A model generated the notes under the pieces. The model saw only the letters and a list, made by a program, of their open reading frames with translations, had not been told where the DNA came from and ran no database searches. 64,000 nt of DNA from Polyangiaceae bacterium (GTDB taxonomy: Bacteria; Myxococcota_A; Polyangia; Polyangiales; Polyangiaceae), in NCBI GenBank assembly GCA_044222475.1, contig JBGANF010000010.1, positions 32,001 through 96,000 on the forward strand, given 5' to 3'. How positions within the stretch are numbered: position 1 is the stretch's first letter; each line of letters opens with the position of its first letter. This document shows, one piece after another, positions 28,913 to 38,418 of the stretch. The position numbers and the translations under genes are program-made.

Positions 28913-30373
28913 ATGCGAAGAGTCTTCGTCGCCGTGTTGGGTGTGGCCATCGGCTGTGGCAGCGCGGACGGGAGCGCTCCCGCCCCGCCGAAGGGCGACG
29001 GCGGCGAGACGACCGACGCGCCGGTCCCCGAGGTCGACGCCGAAGCCCCCGCGGTCGACGCCGCCAAGGTTCCCCCTCCTCCGGTCGACCGGCCGGCGAT
29101 CGGCTGCGGCGACCCGCTCGAGTCGGTGTACGTCGCGCCTCAAGTCATGCCGCCGATGAGCTCGGCGCTTCGCGGCGACGTGGTGCGTTGCGCCGCCAAG
29201 GGAGATCTCACGATCCAAGAAGCGAGCGACCGCCTGACCGCGAAGGGCGTGAGCATCAAGGCGACGTTCGGCGTGCACGAGTACCGCATCGCGTTCCGCA
29301 CGCTGAAGAGCGACGGCTCGGCCGGCATCTCGACGGCCCGCGTGCTGCTCCCCGACACGAAGGCCCCGGTCGACGACGCGGTGCTCGTCGCCCATCCGAC
29401 CGACGGCATCGCCGACGGGTGCGCGCCCTCGAAGAATGACGGCGCGAACGACGAGCTCGCGCTCGCCTGGGCCGCGCTCGGGCGGCCGGTGATCGTCCCG
29501 GACTACGTCGGCCTCGGCAACGACGGCGTCCAGGCCTACCTCGACAACCGCGAGCAAGGACAGACCGTGCTCGACGCGGGGCGCGCGCTCGACGATCTCC
29601 TCGCCCACGGTGCGTTCGGAAAACTGCTCGTCGTCGGGTACAGCCAAGGCGGCGGCGCCGCGCTGAGCGCGCAGGCGCTGGAGAAGACGTACGGCACCAG
29701 CGGCAAGCTCGTCGGCGTCGTCGCGTTCGCGCCGGAGTGGCCCATCGACGCCAAGTCGTTCGGCTACGTCGACATCCTCGCGAACCCGACGAAGCTCACG
29801 GTGATGACGGGCCTGTCCAAGAGCTCCATCGCCGTCATGCGCTCGTACGCGTACTACGCCAACCGCGTCGGCCTCGGACACGCGGCCGACGGGTTCCCGG
29901 CCGGCAACCGGGCGAGCTTCCAGAACGCGATCGACAGCCTGTGCCTCATCCCGCTCGGCGGGTACCTCCAAGGGACGGCGTTCACGGTGGGCGATCTCGT
30001 CGACCCGACCCTGCGCACGTCGCTCCTCTCCTGCATTCAGTCGAACGGCGCGGCCTGCAGCGAGCCGGGCAAGAGCTTCTACGGGTTTCTCCAGCAGAAC
30101 GTGCTCGTCAGCGACCCGAGCGGGGCGCCGGTCGTCATCGTGCAGGGCATGCTCGATCAGATCTTGCCGGCGGCCGAGGAGGCGGCGTGCATCCGCGACA
30201 AGATGATCGCCGACGGCCGCGCGCCCGAGCTGTGCATCGACGGAACGGCGACCCACCAGAGCATCGTCTCTACGCAGGGCGACTTCGCGATGAAGTGGGG
30301 CACCGCCGTGTTCGGCGGCGCACCGCACCCGGCGTGTGCGCAGAACAAGCTCCCGGCGTGCAGCCGGCCCTGA
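28913..30373 (+). CDS. Secreted lipase-family alpha/beta hydrolase lipoprotein
   Basis: Lipobox AIGC; HPTDGIADGCAPS, PDYVGLG, GYSQGG nucleophile elbow, QGMLD and ATH. Confidence 0.85.
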   Translation: MRRVFVAVLGVAIGCGSADGSAPAPPKGDGGETTDAPVPEVDAEAPAVDAAKVPPPPVDRPAIGCGDPLESVYVAPQVMPPMSSALRGDVVRCAAKGDLTIQEASDRLTAKGVSIKATFGVHEYRIAFRTLKSDGSAGISTARVLLPDTKAPVDDAVLVAHPTDGIADGCAPSKNDGANDELALAWAALGRPVIVPDYVGLGNDGVQAYLDNREQGQTVLDAGRALDDLLAHGAFGKLLVVGYSQGGGAALSAQALEKTYGTSGKLVGVVAFAPEWPIDAKSFGYVDILANPTKLTVMTGLSKSSIAVMRSYAYYANRVGLGHAADGFPAGNRASFQNAIDSLCLIPLGGYLQGTAFTVGDLVDPTLRTSLLSCIQSNGAACSEPGKSFYGFLQQNVLVSDPSGAPVVIVQGMLDQILPAAEEAACIRDKMIADGRAPELCIDGTATHQSIVSTQGDFAMKWGTAVFGGAPHPACAQNKLPACSRP

Positions 30374-30419
30374 TCGTCGTCCGCGTAGACCGATCGTCGT
30401 CCCGGTACGTCCTAGGGCC

Positions 30420-30857
30420 ATGCGCGTGGGCCTGGTCTCGGTGCTCGTCGTGTCACTCGTCGCGTGCCGAGAGACGTCCGTCGCGAGCACGCCTGCACCG
30501 GATGCGTCGGCCTCGGCTTCGACGTCCGCCACCGCGACCGCGGCGTCCGTACCCGAGGCCGGACCGGCGCTCGATGCGTCGAGCGCGCTCGATGTCGCGC
30601 GAACCCGCGATGCAGCGAGCGCCCGCCCTGTCGCGACCGTCGACTCGGGCGGGGCGGTCCAGGCGCCGACGCGATCGGCGGCTGGATTCGGCAAGCATGG
30701 CGACGTATGCGCCTACGGCGCGCGGTCGGGTCCACACCTGGATGCTCCGCCTCCGTGTGGGCCGGGACTCTTCTGCTGCTATCCGTGCGGGATCGAAGGC
30801 TGCGATTCGGTCTGCCATACGGAGAGCGAGTGCAACGCGGACCGCACGCGTCCCTGA
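30420..30857 (+). CDS. Small lipoprotein with Ala/Ser linker and Cys-rich C-terminal domain
   Basis: Lipobox LVAC; CGPGLFCCYPCGIEGCDSVC. Confidence 0.7.
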   Translation: MRVGLVSVLVVSLVACRETSVASTPAPDASASASTSATATAASVPEAGPALDASSALDVARTRDAASARPVATVDSGGAVQAPTRSAAGFGKHGDVCAYGARSGPHLDAPPPCGPGLFCCYPCGIEGCDSVCHTESECNADRTRP

Positions 30858-30922
30858 GACGACCGGCTCGACCGAGAAGTGGTCCACTTCCGCGCGTTCG
30901 CGTTAGAACGGCGACGATACTC

Positions 30923-31657
30923 ATGTGCCGCCTCCTCGGCATCGTCGCGTCCCAGCCGGTCGACTTCGGCGCTCTACTCGCCGCGCGGCCACGGTCCCTC
31001 GCCGCGCTCGGGGAGGAGCACAAGGACGGGTGGGGCCTCGCCTCGTTCGCGCGCGGCCGGTGGCAGGTTCACAAGGGGACGCGCGCCGCGTCGCGTGATG
31101 CACGCTTCCACCAGCGCGCGCTCGCGCTGCGCGGAGAGCTCCTCGTCTCCCACGTTCGCAAGCGCACCGTCGGTGCCACCCGGATCGCCAACTCGCACCC
31201 GTTCGCGTCCGATGGCTGGGTCTTCGCCCACAACGGGACCATCGAAGATCGGTCCTGGGTCGCGTCGCAGGTTTCGCCGACGCGCGCAGCCGGGATCCGC
31301 GGCGACACCGACAGCGAGCTCTTCTTCGCGTGGGTGCTCACCAGGCTCGACGCGGTAGGCGTCGCCGATCGCCCGGCGACACGCGAGACCGATGCGGTGG
31401 TGGCCGATCTCGCCGCGGAGTGCCGCGAGCGACCGCAGTTCGGCTCGCTCAACTTCCTCTTGAGCAACGGAGCGAGCTGCTACGTCCACCGCTTCGGGCG
31501 CAGCCTCTTTCTCCTCGAGCGCGGCGGACGCGAACGAAAGCCCGCCGTGTTCGTCGCTTCGGAGCGAATGACCGACGAGAGATGGTCGGAAGTCGAAGAC
31601 AAGAAGCTCATCCGCATCGACGGCGGCAAGGCCCCCCGCGCGACGCGGATTGGTTGA
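30923..31657 (+). CDS. Class II glutamine amidotransferase (YafJ/EgtC-like)
   Basis: N-terminal MCRLLG, HKDGWG, SHVRKRT, NSHPF, FAHNGTI and GDTDSE. Confidence 0.9.
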   Translation: MCRLLGIVASQPVDFGALLAARPRSLAALGEEHKDGWGLASFARGRWQVHKGTRAASRDARFHQRALALRGELLVSHVRKRTVGATRIANSHPFASDGWVFAHNGTIEDRSWVASQVSPTRAAGIRGDTDSELFFAWVLTRLDAVGVADRPATRETDAVVADLAAECRERPQFGSLNFLLSNGASCYVHRFGRSLFLLERGGRERKPAVFVASERMTDERWSEVEDKKLIRIDGGKAPRATRIG

Positions 31658-31702
31658 GCACGTCGCACTGAAGCTCCGGGGCGCCCTGTTGACCGACGCG
31701 CG

Positions 31703-32332
31703 TTGCTGGCCGATGCTTCGCCCGTGCTCCCTTCGCTCGAAAAAGCCGAGACCGACGGCCGGCGCGCACGCGCCGTCCGAACCCGAGGGGCGATCGTCGG
31801 CGCGCTCCTCGACCTCGTGCGCGAGGGAAACCTGGCGCCCACCGCGAAGGAGATCGCCGTTCGCGCCGGAGTGGCCATTCGTTCGATCGGTCAGCACTTC
31901 CCTTCGCGAGAGAAGCTGTTCTTCGCCGCCGCCGCGGAGCACGCGCGTCGTTCGGCCGGCGTCGCCAAGAAGCCGCCGTCGATCGGGCGCATCGAAGAGC
32001 GCATCGAGCGCTTCGTCGACGCGCGCGCCACCGAGCTCGAAGAGACGAGCGCGCTCCGCCGCGCCGCCAGCGTCATCACCCGTTCGCCGACCGTGGCGAA
32101 GGCGATGGCGCGCGCCGCCGAGGAGCGGCGAAAGGCGGTCGCCGCCGTCTTCGCCGCCGAGATCAAGGACGACGCCGTCACCCTCGACGCGCTCGAGATC
32201 GCGACCGGCGGTCGCGCATGGGATCAGATGCGCGTCGAGATGAAGCTCTCGCTCGCGCAGGCGAAGCGTGTGATGGCGCGCGCCGTCACCGCGCTGCTTT
32301 CGGCTTCTCCCACCGCTGCAGCTCGGCGGTGA
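31703..32332 (+). CDS. TetR-family regulator
   Basis: DGRRARAVRTRGAIV...PTAKEIAVRAGVAIRSIGQHF; start uncertain. Confidence 0.85.
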   Translation: MLADASPVLPSLEKAETDGRRARAVRTRGAIVGALLDLVREGNLAPTAKEIAVRAGVAIRSIGQHFPSREKLFFAAAAEHARRSAGVAKKPPSIGRIEERIERFVDARATELEETSALRRAASVITRSPTVAKAMARAAEERRKAVAAVFAAEIKDDAVTLDALEIATGGRAWDQMRVEMKLSLAQAKRVMARAVTALLSASPTAAARR

Positions 32333-33839
32333 AACCGCCCATGTCGACGAGCTGACGGAAGACGCGCTTCATCCGGAACGACTTCAACGCCGCGTCGGTC
32401 ACCTTGGCGCGCGGCGTGAGCCACACGAGCCGTCCTCCGGGAGCGAGCACCTGGACTGCGTGAGCGAGGAAGCCGCCGAGGAGCTCGTCGAGCGAGCTCG
32501 TTCCCTGAACGCGCCTTCCCATCGGAGGGTTCGTGAGGACGAGCGTGGGTGGCTCCGGCGGGACCCACTTGCGGGCGTCCTTCTTCTCCAGGGAAAACCG
32601 CGCGACGCCGGCCGACTCGAGGTTCTTCCGCGCGGCCGCGAGCGCGCCTTCCTCGATGTCGGTCCCGTGGAGCGCGCGGTAGCTCCCGAAGCGCGCGCGC
32701 TCGACGAGCTCGAGCCCCGAGCCCACGAACGGGTCCCACACGACGTCGTTCGGCTCGGCCGCGCTGACGAGCGCGAGCGCGGCGGCGATCGTCGGGTGCG
32801 ACGCTGCCGGGACGTCGGCTACGCGGTACGCGAAGCGCGCGTCGTCGAGCTTCTTCGCGACGGCGACGAGCGAGAGCTTCGGTGGAGCATCGACCACCTC
32901 GATCTCCCATGGGCTCTCCTTCGGATCGTTGCGCAGCCACGCTTCGTCCGCGAGGAGCTCGGCGACGCGAAACACCACCGCGCGACGATGACCGGCATCA
33001 CGAAAGCCGAGGCGGAATCGGAAGCGCCCGCCGGTCCACGGCAAGAGGACGTCCTTCGCGTCGCGGATGCGGCTCGCGATCGCTTCGGCGACGTCGCCTT
33101 CGTACGTGCCTTCGGCGATGGGGATCGTGATCGACGTCCAGAGGCGGGACGCCTGGAGCTCGTCCGCGCCTCGACGCAGCGGAGCCCGCACCATGCCGGC
33201 CCCCGGGCTGAACGCCCGCTCGCCGAGCTCGGTGCGAAGGAGATCCTCGAGACCTTCGCGGCAGCGAAGGACGACCGTCGCCTGATGGGGGACGACGATG
33301 CGATCGACGTCGCCGGCGCCGCGATCGAGCGTGCGCTCCAGCATGAGCCGCGCGCGGGCGCGCATCGTCTTCGTGAGCGCCTCTTCGTCGCCCCCGAGCG
33401 CGGCGAGCGCGGCCCTGCTCTTCTCGCCACCCACTCGGCCGAGCGCTTCGACGATCGCGCGCTTCACCTCGGGCCGCGACTCGCGCGCGAGCGCCTCGAG
33501 GAGCGGATCCTCGATCTGTGCATTCTGCAACTTTCCGAGAGCGCGCGCGGCGGACTTCCTGGACTGCGGGTCGTCGCTCGCGAGCTCGGCCGCGAGCGGA
33601 GGGACCGCGCTCGGATCGCGCTTCGCGATCCGGCCGAGCAGAGCGACGAAGCGGTGGCGCGTCTTGCCTGCGCCGAGCGCGCCGAGGACCGCGGCGGCCG
33701 GCGCCACGCCCTCGAGGGCGCGCACGATCGCCTCGGCATCGTCATCGTTGGTTTCGCGGAGTGCCTCGAGGAGCGGCTTCACGTCCTTCCGGCCGGGCGT
33801 CCAGCCTGGATCCCGCAACTTGCGAAGCACGTCGCTCAT
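32286..33839 (-). CDS. HEAT-repeat + SAM-dependent (likely RNA) methyltransferase fusion
   Basis: N-terminal HEAT-like repeats (RKSAARALGKL, KRAIVEALGRVG); C-terminal WDPFVGSG, GTDI and TNPPMG. Confidence 0.8.
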   Translation of the reverse strand: MSDVLRKLRDPGWTPGRKDVKPLLEALRETNDDDAEAIVRALEGVAPAAAVLGALGAGKTRHRFVALLGRIAKRDPSAVPPLAAELASDDPQSRKSAARALGKLQNAQIEDPLLEALARESRPEVKRAIVEALGRVGGEKSRAALAALGGDEEALTKTMRARARLMLERTLDRGAGDVDRIVVPHQATVVLRCREGLEDLLRTELGERAFSPGAGMVRAPLRRGADELQASRLWTSITIPIAEGTYEGDVAEAIASRIRDAKDVLLPWTGGRFRFRLGFRDAGHRRAVVFRVAELLADEAWLRNDPKESPWEIEVVDAPPKLSLVAVAKKLDDARFAYRVADVPAASHPTIAAALALVSAAEPNDVVWDPFVGSGLELVERARFGSYRALHGTDIEEGALAAARKNLESAGVARFSLEKKDARKWVPPEPPTLVLTNPPMGRRVQGTSSLDELLGGFLAHAVQVLAPGGRLVWLTPRAKVTDAALKSFRMKRVFRQLVDMGGFTAELQRWEKPKAAR

Positions 33840-33907
33840 CGGACGTGAAGTAGCACACGACCGTAACCGACAGGTCCCCTCGCGCGTAGACTCTGGGAAA
33901 GGCGCAC

Positions 33908-34642
33908 ATGCCCCCGAAAGACGTAGCCCCCAGCGTGGCCGACATCCCCCGCCCGCGCATGACCGACCGCCGCACGTTCATGCGGCTCTTCACCGCCGGC
34001 ACCGTGCTCGCCGCGGTGGGTGGGGGACTGTACGTCGTCGTCCCCGACCAGAAGACACGCGAGGCGCGAAAGCTCAGGCTCGCCGACGGCCGCCCGCGCC
34101 TTCCGCCGGGGCAACACCTCATCGAGCGCATCAAGCCGATGGGCGGACAAGAAGGCGACCCGAGCCCGACCGCGTTTCGGCTGAAGGTCCACGGCGAGGT
34201 CGACGCTCCGTTCGAGCTCGACATGGCGGGTCTCCTGGCGATGCCGCAGGTGAACCAGACCTGCGACATCCACTGCGTGACGAAGTGGACGCTCTTCGAC
34301 AGCCACTGGACCGGAGTGAAGGTCGCCGACCTCGCCGCGAAGGCGAAGCTCAAGTCGACGGCGCGCTACGCGATCTTCGAGGCCGCGTTCGGCTACACCG
34401 CAAACATCCCGCTCCGCGAGGCGCTCAAGCCCAACGTGCTGGTCGCGCACAAGTACGAAGGCCAACCGCTGCCGCGCGCGCACGGCGCTCCGGTGCGCTC
34501 GCTCGTGCCCGACTCGTACTTCTGGAAGAGCGCGAAGTGGCTCACCGGGATCCGCTTCACGTCCACCGATCAGCCCGGCTACTGGGAGACGCGCGGCTAC
34601 AACAACCACGCCGACCCGTGGCTCGAAGAGCGGTATTCGTAG
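33908..34642 (+). CDS. Molybdopterin-dependent oxidoreductase (sulfite oxidase/MsrP-like), Tat-exported
   Basis: DRRTFM Tat motif, RLPPGQ, DIHCVTKW, HGAPVR, YFWKSAKW and GYWETRGY. Confidence 0.9.
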   Translation: MPPKDVAPSVADIPRPRMTDRRTFMRLFTAGTVLAAVGGGLYVVVPDQKTREARKLRLADGRPRLPPGQHLIERIKPMGGQEGDPSPTAFRLKVHGEVDAPFELDMAGLLAMPQVNQTCDIHCVTKWTLFDSHWTGVKVADLAAKAKLKSTARYAIFEAAFGYTANIPLREALKPNVLVAHKYEGQPLPRAHGAPVRSLVPDSYFWKSAKWLTGIRFTSTDQPGYWETRGYNNHADPWLEERYS

Positions 34643-34647
34643 TCGCC

Positions 34648-35217
34648 ATGAGCGACGTCTCGTTCGGCGCGGCCCGCCGCTGGCTCCGCGCGATCCACCG
34701 TGACCTCGGCTACCTCGCGGTGGGGCTCACCGTCGTCTACGCGCTGAGCGGTCTCGCGGTGAACCACATCGCCGACTGGGATCCGAACTTCCAGAACACC
34801 GAGCGCACGCACGAGCTCGGCGCGTTCAGCCCCGGCAAGACCGACGACGAGCTCGCCGCCGAGGTCGCGCAGAAGCTCGCCATCGATGGTCGTCCCAAAG
34901 AGGTATACCGCCTCGGTGACGACGCGCTCGAGGTGCTCTACGAGCACCGGACGCTGCACGTGAACACGCAGACCGGCCACGTCGTCGAGGAAGAGCAGAA
35001 GCCGCGCTTCCTGATCCGAGTCGCGAATTTCCTCCACCTGAACCGCGGCAAGAAGGCGTGGACCTACTTCGCCGACGGATACGCCGCGGGGCTGCTCTTC
35101 CTGGCCATCTCCGGCTTGTTCATGATCCCGGGGAAGAAAGGCCTGCTCGGGCGAGGCGCGGTGTTCCTCGCCATCGGCGTCGCCATCCCGGTCCTCTACG
35201 TGACGCTGAGCAAGTAG
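34648..35217 (+). CDS. PepSY-associated TM helix protein
   Basis: WLRAIHRDLGY...YALSGLAVNH, FLHLNRG and LAISGLFM; three TM segments. Confidence 0.85.
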   Translation: MSDVSFGAARRWLRAIHRDLGYLAVGLTVVYALSGLAVNHIADWDPNFQNTERTHELGAFSPGKTDDELAAEVAQKLAIDGRPKEVYRLGDDALEVLYEHRTLHVNTQTGHVVEEEQKPRFLIRVANFLHLNRGKKAWTYFADGYAAGLLFLAISGLFMIPGKKGLLGRGAVFLAIGVAIPVLYVTLSK

Positions 35218-35234
35218 CGACGTATCGTGGAGGG

Positions 35235-35732
35235 ATGAGCAGCCTTCGCTTCGCCGCGTTCGCGTTCGCCGCCGCCGTCGCCGGCACCAGCATCGTCATC
35301 GCGTGCTCGTCCGACGACACGACCTGCGCCGACTGCGGGCCGTGCGGGATCGCGGGGCCGCTCACCGAGGACGCGCTCACCATCACCGAGATGGGCGGCG
35401 GCACCAACGCGGAGCCGAACGTGCGGTTCGGCATCTCGGCGAAGGGCACGTGCCGCGCCGCGGCGGTCCCTCCCAAGTTCGAGGCGCGGCTCATCGTCCC
35501 GCCGGTCGTGACGCCCATCGCCGATCCCACCGCGCTCGCGCCGCTCAGCGGCACGAAGGAGACCGGAGGCACGCGCCTCGCGGACGGCAGCCTGCTCAAG
35601 TCGGAGATGGTGTCTCTCACCGTGATCCGCTTCCTCTACACCGGGGTCGCGAGCGGCCCCTCCGACGGGAGCACCTCGACGACGACGTTCACGTGCACGC
35701 TCGCCGCCGGCAACGTGACCTGCATCAAGTAG
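35235..35732 (+). CDS. Lipoprotein of unknown function
   Basis: Lipobox VIAC; GC-rich codon usage. Confidence 0.7.
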   Translation: MSSLRFAAFAFAAAVAGTSIVIACSSDDTTCADCGPCGIAGPLTEDALTITEMGGGTNAEPNVRFGISAKGTCRAAAVPPKFEARLIVPPVVTPIADPTALAPLSGTKETGGTRLADGSLLKSEMVSLTVIRFLYTGVASGPSDGSTSTTTFTCTLAAGNVTCIK

Positions 35733-35738
35733 GAGTCG

Positions 35739-36281
35739 ATGGACGAAGCCGTCTTTCGCATCCTCTACGGCGGTTCGTCCCCGAGCACCCCCGTCTTCTG
35801 GGTGATGATGGCGCTCACCGTCGTCGGCAGCGGATGGAGCATGATCGCGTTCATCCCGTTCGCGATCGCGCGCCGCACCCGCCGCGTCGGGGCGTTCCTC
35901 CTCGCGACGCTCGTCACGACGTCGCTCGTGGTCTTCGTCGTGAAGCTCGCCGTGCAGCGGCCGCGGCCGCTGGTGGCGCTGAAGGGCGTCCACGCGCTGG
36001 CGTTCACGCCTCCGACCGATCCGTCGTTCCCGAGCGGCCACGCGGCGGGGGCCTTCGCGTTCGCGACCTTCGTCGCGACCGTCATCGCCACGAGTGACGC
36101 AGGGCGAAGGCAGAAGGTGCTCGCCGTGACGGCGCTGCTCTTCCTCGCGCTGGGGATCGGCTGCTCGCGCGTGTACCTCGGCGTCCACTTCCCGTCGGAC
36201 GTGGGGGCGGGCGCGATCGTCGGTACCCTTTTGGGATACCTGGGAGCGCGCATCGCGTTGCGACGGGCTGCCCCGGACTGA
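35739..36281 (+). CDS. PAP2-family membrane phosphatase
   Basis: KLAVQRPRP, SFPSGH and SRVYLGVHFPSD. Confidence 0.92.
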   Translation: MDEAVFRILYGGSSPSTPVFWVMMALTVVGSGWSMIAFIPFAIARRTRRVGAFLLATLVTTSLVVFVVKLAVQRPRPLVALKGVHALAFTPPTDPSFPSGHAAGAFAFATFVATVIATSDAGRRQKVLAVTALLFLALGIGCSRVYLGVHFPSDVGAGAIVGTLLGYLGARIALRRAAPD

Positions 36282-36303
36282 AGTCTGATTCTTCGCGATT
36301 CAT

Positions 36304-36511
36304 GGCGCCCCGGACTGAAGTCCGGGGCAGCAACGGACTCGGTGCCATTCCCATCCAAAGCCCGCCCAAGAGGGCGGGCTCCCGTTGCTGGAAGCCCCCC
36401 GTTCATCTTCGGCGTACCAATGTGGGACTATTGGGAGTCCGCCCTCCCGGGCGGACTTTGGGTGGGTCCGCATTGGGTCCGCTGCTGCCCCGGACTTCAG
36501 TCCGGGGCGCC
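36304..36511. repeat. REPIN/MITE-like element with ~80-bp imperfect inverted arms
   Basis: Arms 36304-36383 and 36433-36511 each hold two hairpins (gccccggactgaagtccggggc and agcccgccc..gggcgggct); partial third copy at 36270-36285. Confidence 0.8.
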
Positions 36512-36519
36512 CAGCGGTC

Positions 36520-37710
36520 TCACAGCGCGATCGACGCGTGCGGGTTCGTCCCGAACGGGTTCGACCCCACCTTGGCCAGCGTCGCGAGGTAGGCCCACAT
36601 GCCCTGCACGCTCGGCGTCGACGTCGCCAGGCTCACCGTACCGGTCTGCGTGCGGCCCGTGGTGCCGCGCTTCACGTTGCGACCGATCGCGGTGATCGAG
36701 AGGTTCGGCTGGTGGTCCGACCCCGGCAGGCTGCGGGCGAAGTCGCCGATGATCGCGAACGTCACGTTGCGGCCGGGATCCGCCACCATGCGGTTCAGGA
36801 ACGTGTTCATCGCCGGCATGAGCGCGGTCATCTTGTTGCGCACCGTCACGCCCTGCGTGTCGCCGTGCGTGTCCCAGCCGCCGTCGGTGAGCGTCACCAC
36901 GTTGGCGCCGGCGAGGATCATGAGCTCGGCGGCGGCCATCTTCGACGCGAAGCTCGACACCGCGGTCGTCTGGCCGATGCCGTACGCGGTACGAAGCCCC
37001 GGTAGGTCGAGGGTCTTCACCGGCTGCTTGAGCGTGGCGATGGCGGCCGCGTAGCCGTCCTTCAACGAGTCGAGGGAGGCCGGGCTCGCGTTGAGCGCGT
37101 TCATCGACATCTCCTCGCCGCCCTCCATGCCGGCGAGCGCCATGCCGCGATCGGGGACGCGCGGGTTCGGCGTGCCGCCGCCGAGCGCGTTGATCGTGGA
37201 CTGCATGTCGAGGATGGTCTGGATGCTCGTGCCGTTCACCGACGCCTTCGGCGCCTCGGCGACGGCGTTGCCGCCGACGTGCGCCATCTTGATCGCCGAG
37301 GTGCCGCCGATGGCGTTCGCGAGGACGATGCCGGCGTTCTGCCCGTTGTGCGTCCAGAGCGTTCCGCGCGCCGCCGGGTGGCTCGAGATGCCGTGCCTCA
37401 CGCCGACCGTCGCGATGTGGTCCTTCGAGAACTGGCCCATCGAGTTGGCGAACACGTTGTCGAGGCCCACGCCGCCGAGCACCGTGTGGTTGCCGGCGGT
37501 CACGCCGAACTTGCCCACGAGCGAGTCGGCCGAGCCGAAGAGCGCGTTGTAACCACCGGTGAGGTGCAACACGACGAGCGACGCGGGCTCGCCTGCGGCT
37601 GCCGCCTCGGTCTCCCAGCTGCTCCCGGCGAAGCGAGTGCCGATGGCCGCCCCGGCGATGCCTGCCAGCCCTTTGAGGAATCCACGACGCGTAAAATCGA
37701 TCCGGCTCAT
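36520..37710 (-). CDS. DUF1501-family Tat-exported protein
   Basis: TRRGFLKG Tat motif, LTGG, GGWDTH, GDFARS and DH motifs. Confidence 0.85.
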   Translation of the reverse strand: MSRIDFTRRGFLKGLAGIAGAAIGTRFAGSSWETEAAAAGEPASLVVLHLTGGYNALFGSADSLVGKFGVTAGNHTVLGGVGLDNVFANSMGQFSKDHIATVGVRHGISSHPAARGTLWTHNGQNAGIVLANAIGGTSAIKMAHVGGNAVAEAPKASVNGTSIQTILDMQSTINALGGGTPNPRVPDRGMALAGMEGGEEMSMNALNASPASLDSLKDGYAAAIATLKQPVKTLDLPGLRTAYGIGQTTAVSSFASKMAAAELMILAGANVVTLTDGGWDTHGDTQGVTVRNKMTALMPAMNTFLNRMVADPGRNVTFAIIGDFARSLPGSDHQPNLSITAIGRNVKRGTTGRTQTGTVSLATSTPSVQGMWAYLATLAKVGSNPFGTNPHASIAL

Positions 37711-37726
37711 GGTCGTTCTCCGTGCG

Positions 37727-38404
37727 TCAGTAGGTGAGGAATCCGGCGGCGGTCATCACGCTCGCGCAGGCGTAGGCCCACTTGCGGCGCGGTTGGGGCT
37801 CGGCCGCGGTGCCCGTCGTCGCGACGTCGGCGCAGGCGGCGACCTCTTGCGGCATCGGGGTGCGGCTCCAGAACTTGCGCTGCATCTCGGTGCAGATCTG
37901 CTGCGCGGACTGCTGCGTCGGCGCGACGCCGTACTTCGCGTCGTTCTGGGTGTACGTCAGACACCCGTCGAAGCTCACCGCGTACGCGGTCTGCAGCGCG
38001 ACCGAGCTCGACTGCGGCTCTTCGTACCAGCGCGCCGGCGGCGACCCGAAGGTGGCGGCGGACGCCTGAAGCGAGGCGGGGGTGTTGCCGAGCACGCGGG
38101 GGTACTCGCCGGTGAGCGCCGAGTAGGGCTTCACGCGCCCGTGATCCGCGCCGGCGAGGACTGCCTTGCGGGACGCAGCCAGGTCCGCGCCACCCATGCC
38201 GACGTACTGGCGGCCACCGCACTTCTTCGGGTCCGGGGTCGGCGTGGTGGGCGTCGGCGCCGGAGGGTTGTTCGGATCGACCGGCATCACGCAGTCGGTT
38301 CCCGCGAGGCACTCCTGCGAGCCGCTGCAACCGAGCGAGCCGATGGCGGTGGCGGACAGCGCCAGCGCAGCGAGGATGGAGACCGTTCCTAGATGGAGCT
38401 TCAT
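37727..38404 (-). CDS. Lipoprotein in the DUF1501 operon
   Basis: GGAGG SD, lipobox SLGC; FWSRTP and WAYACASVMTAAGFLTY. Confidence 0.75.
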   Translation of the reverse strand: MKLHLGTVSILAALALSATAIGSLGCSGSQECLAGTDCVMPVDPNNPPAPTPTTPTPDPKKCGGRQYVGMGGADLAASRKAVLAGADHGRVKPYSALTGEYPRVLGNTPASLQASAATFGSPPARWYEEPQSSSVALQTAYAVSFDGCLTYTQNDAKYGVAPTQQSAQQICTEMQRKFWSRTPMPQEVAACADVATTGTAAEPQPRRKWAYACASVMTAAGFLTY

Positions 38405-38418
38405 GATCCTGGCCTCCT

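Noticed and set aside
12433..31657. Ergothioneine pathway (EgtE-like lyase and EgtC-like amidotransferase)
   Set aside because: The genes are about 17 kb apart, no egtB or egtD is present, and both families are broad.
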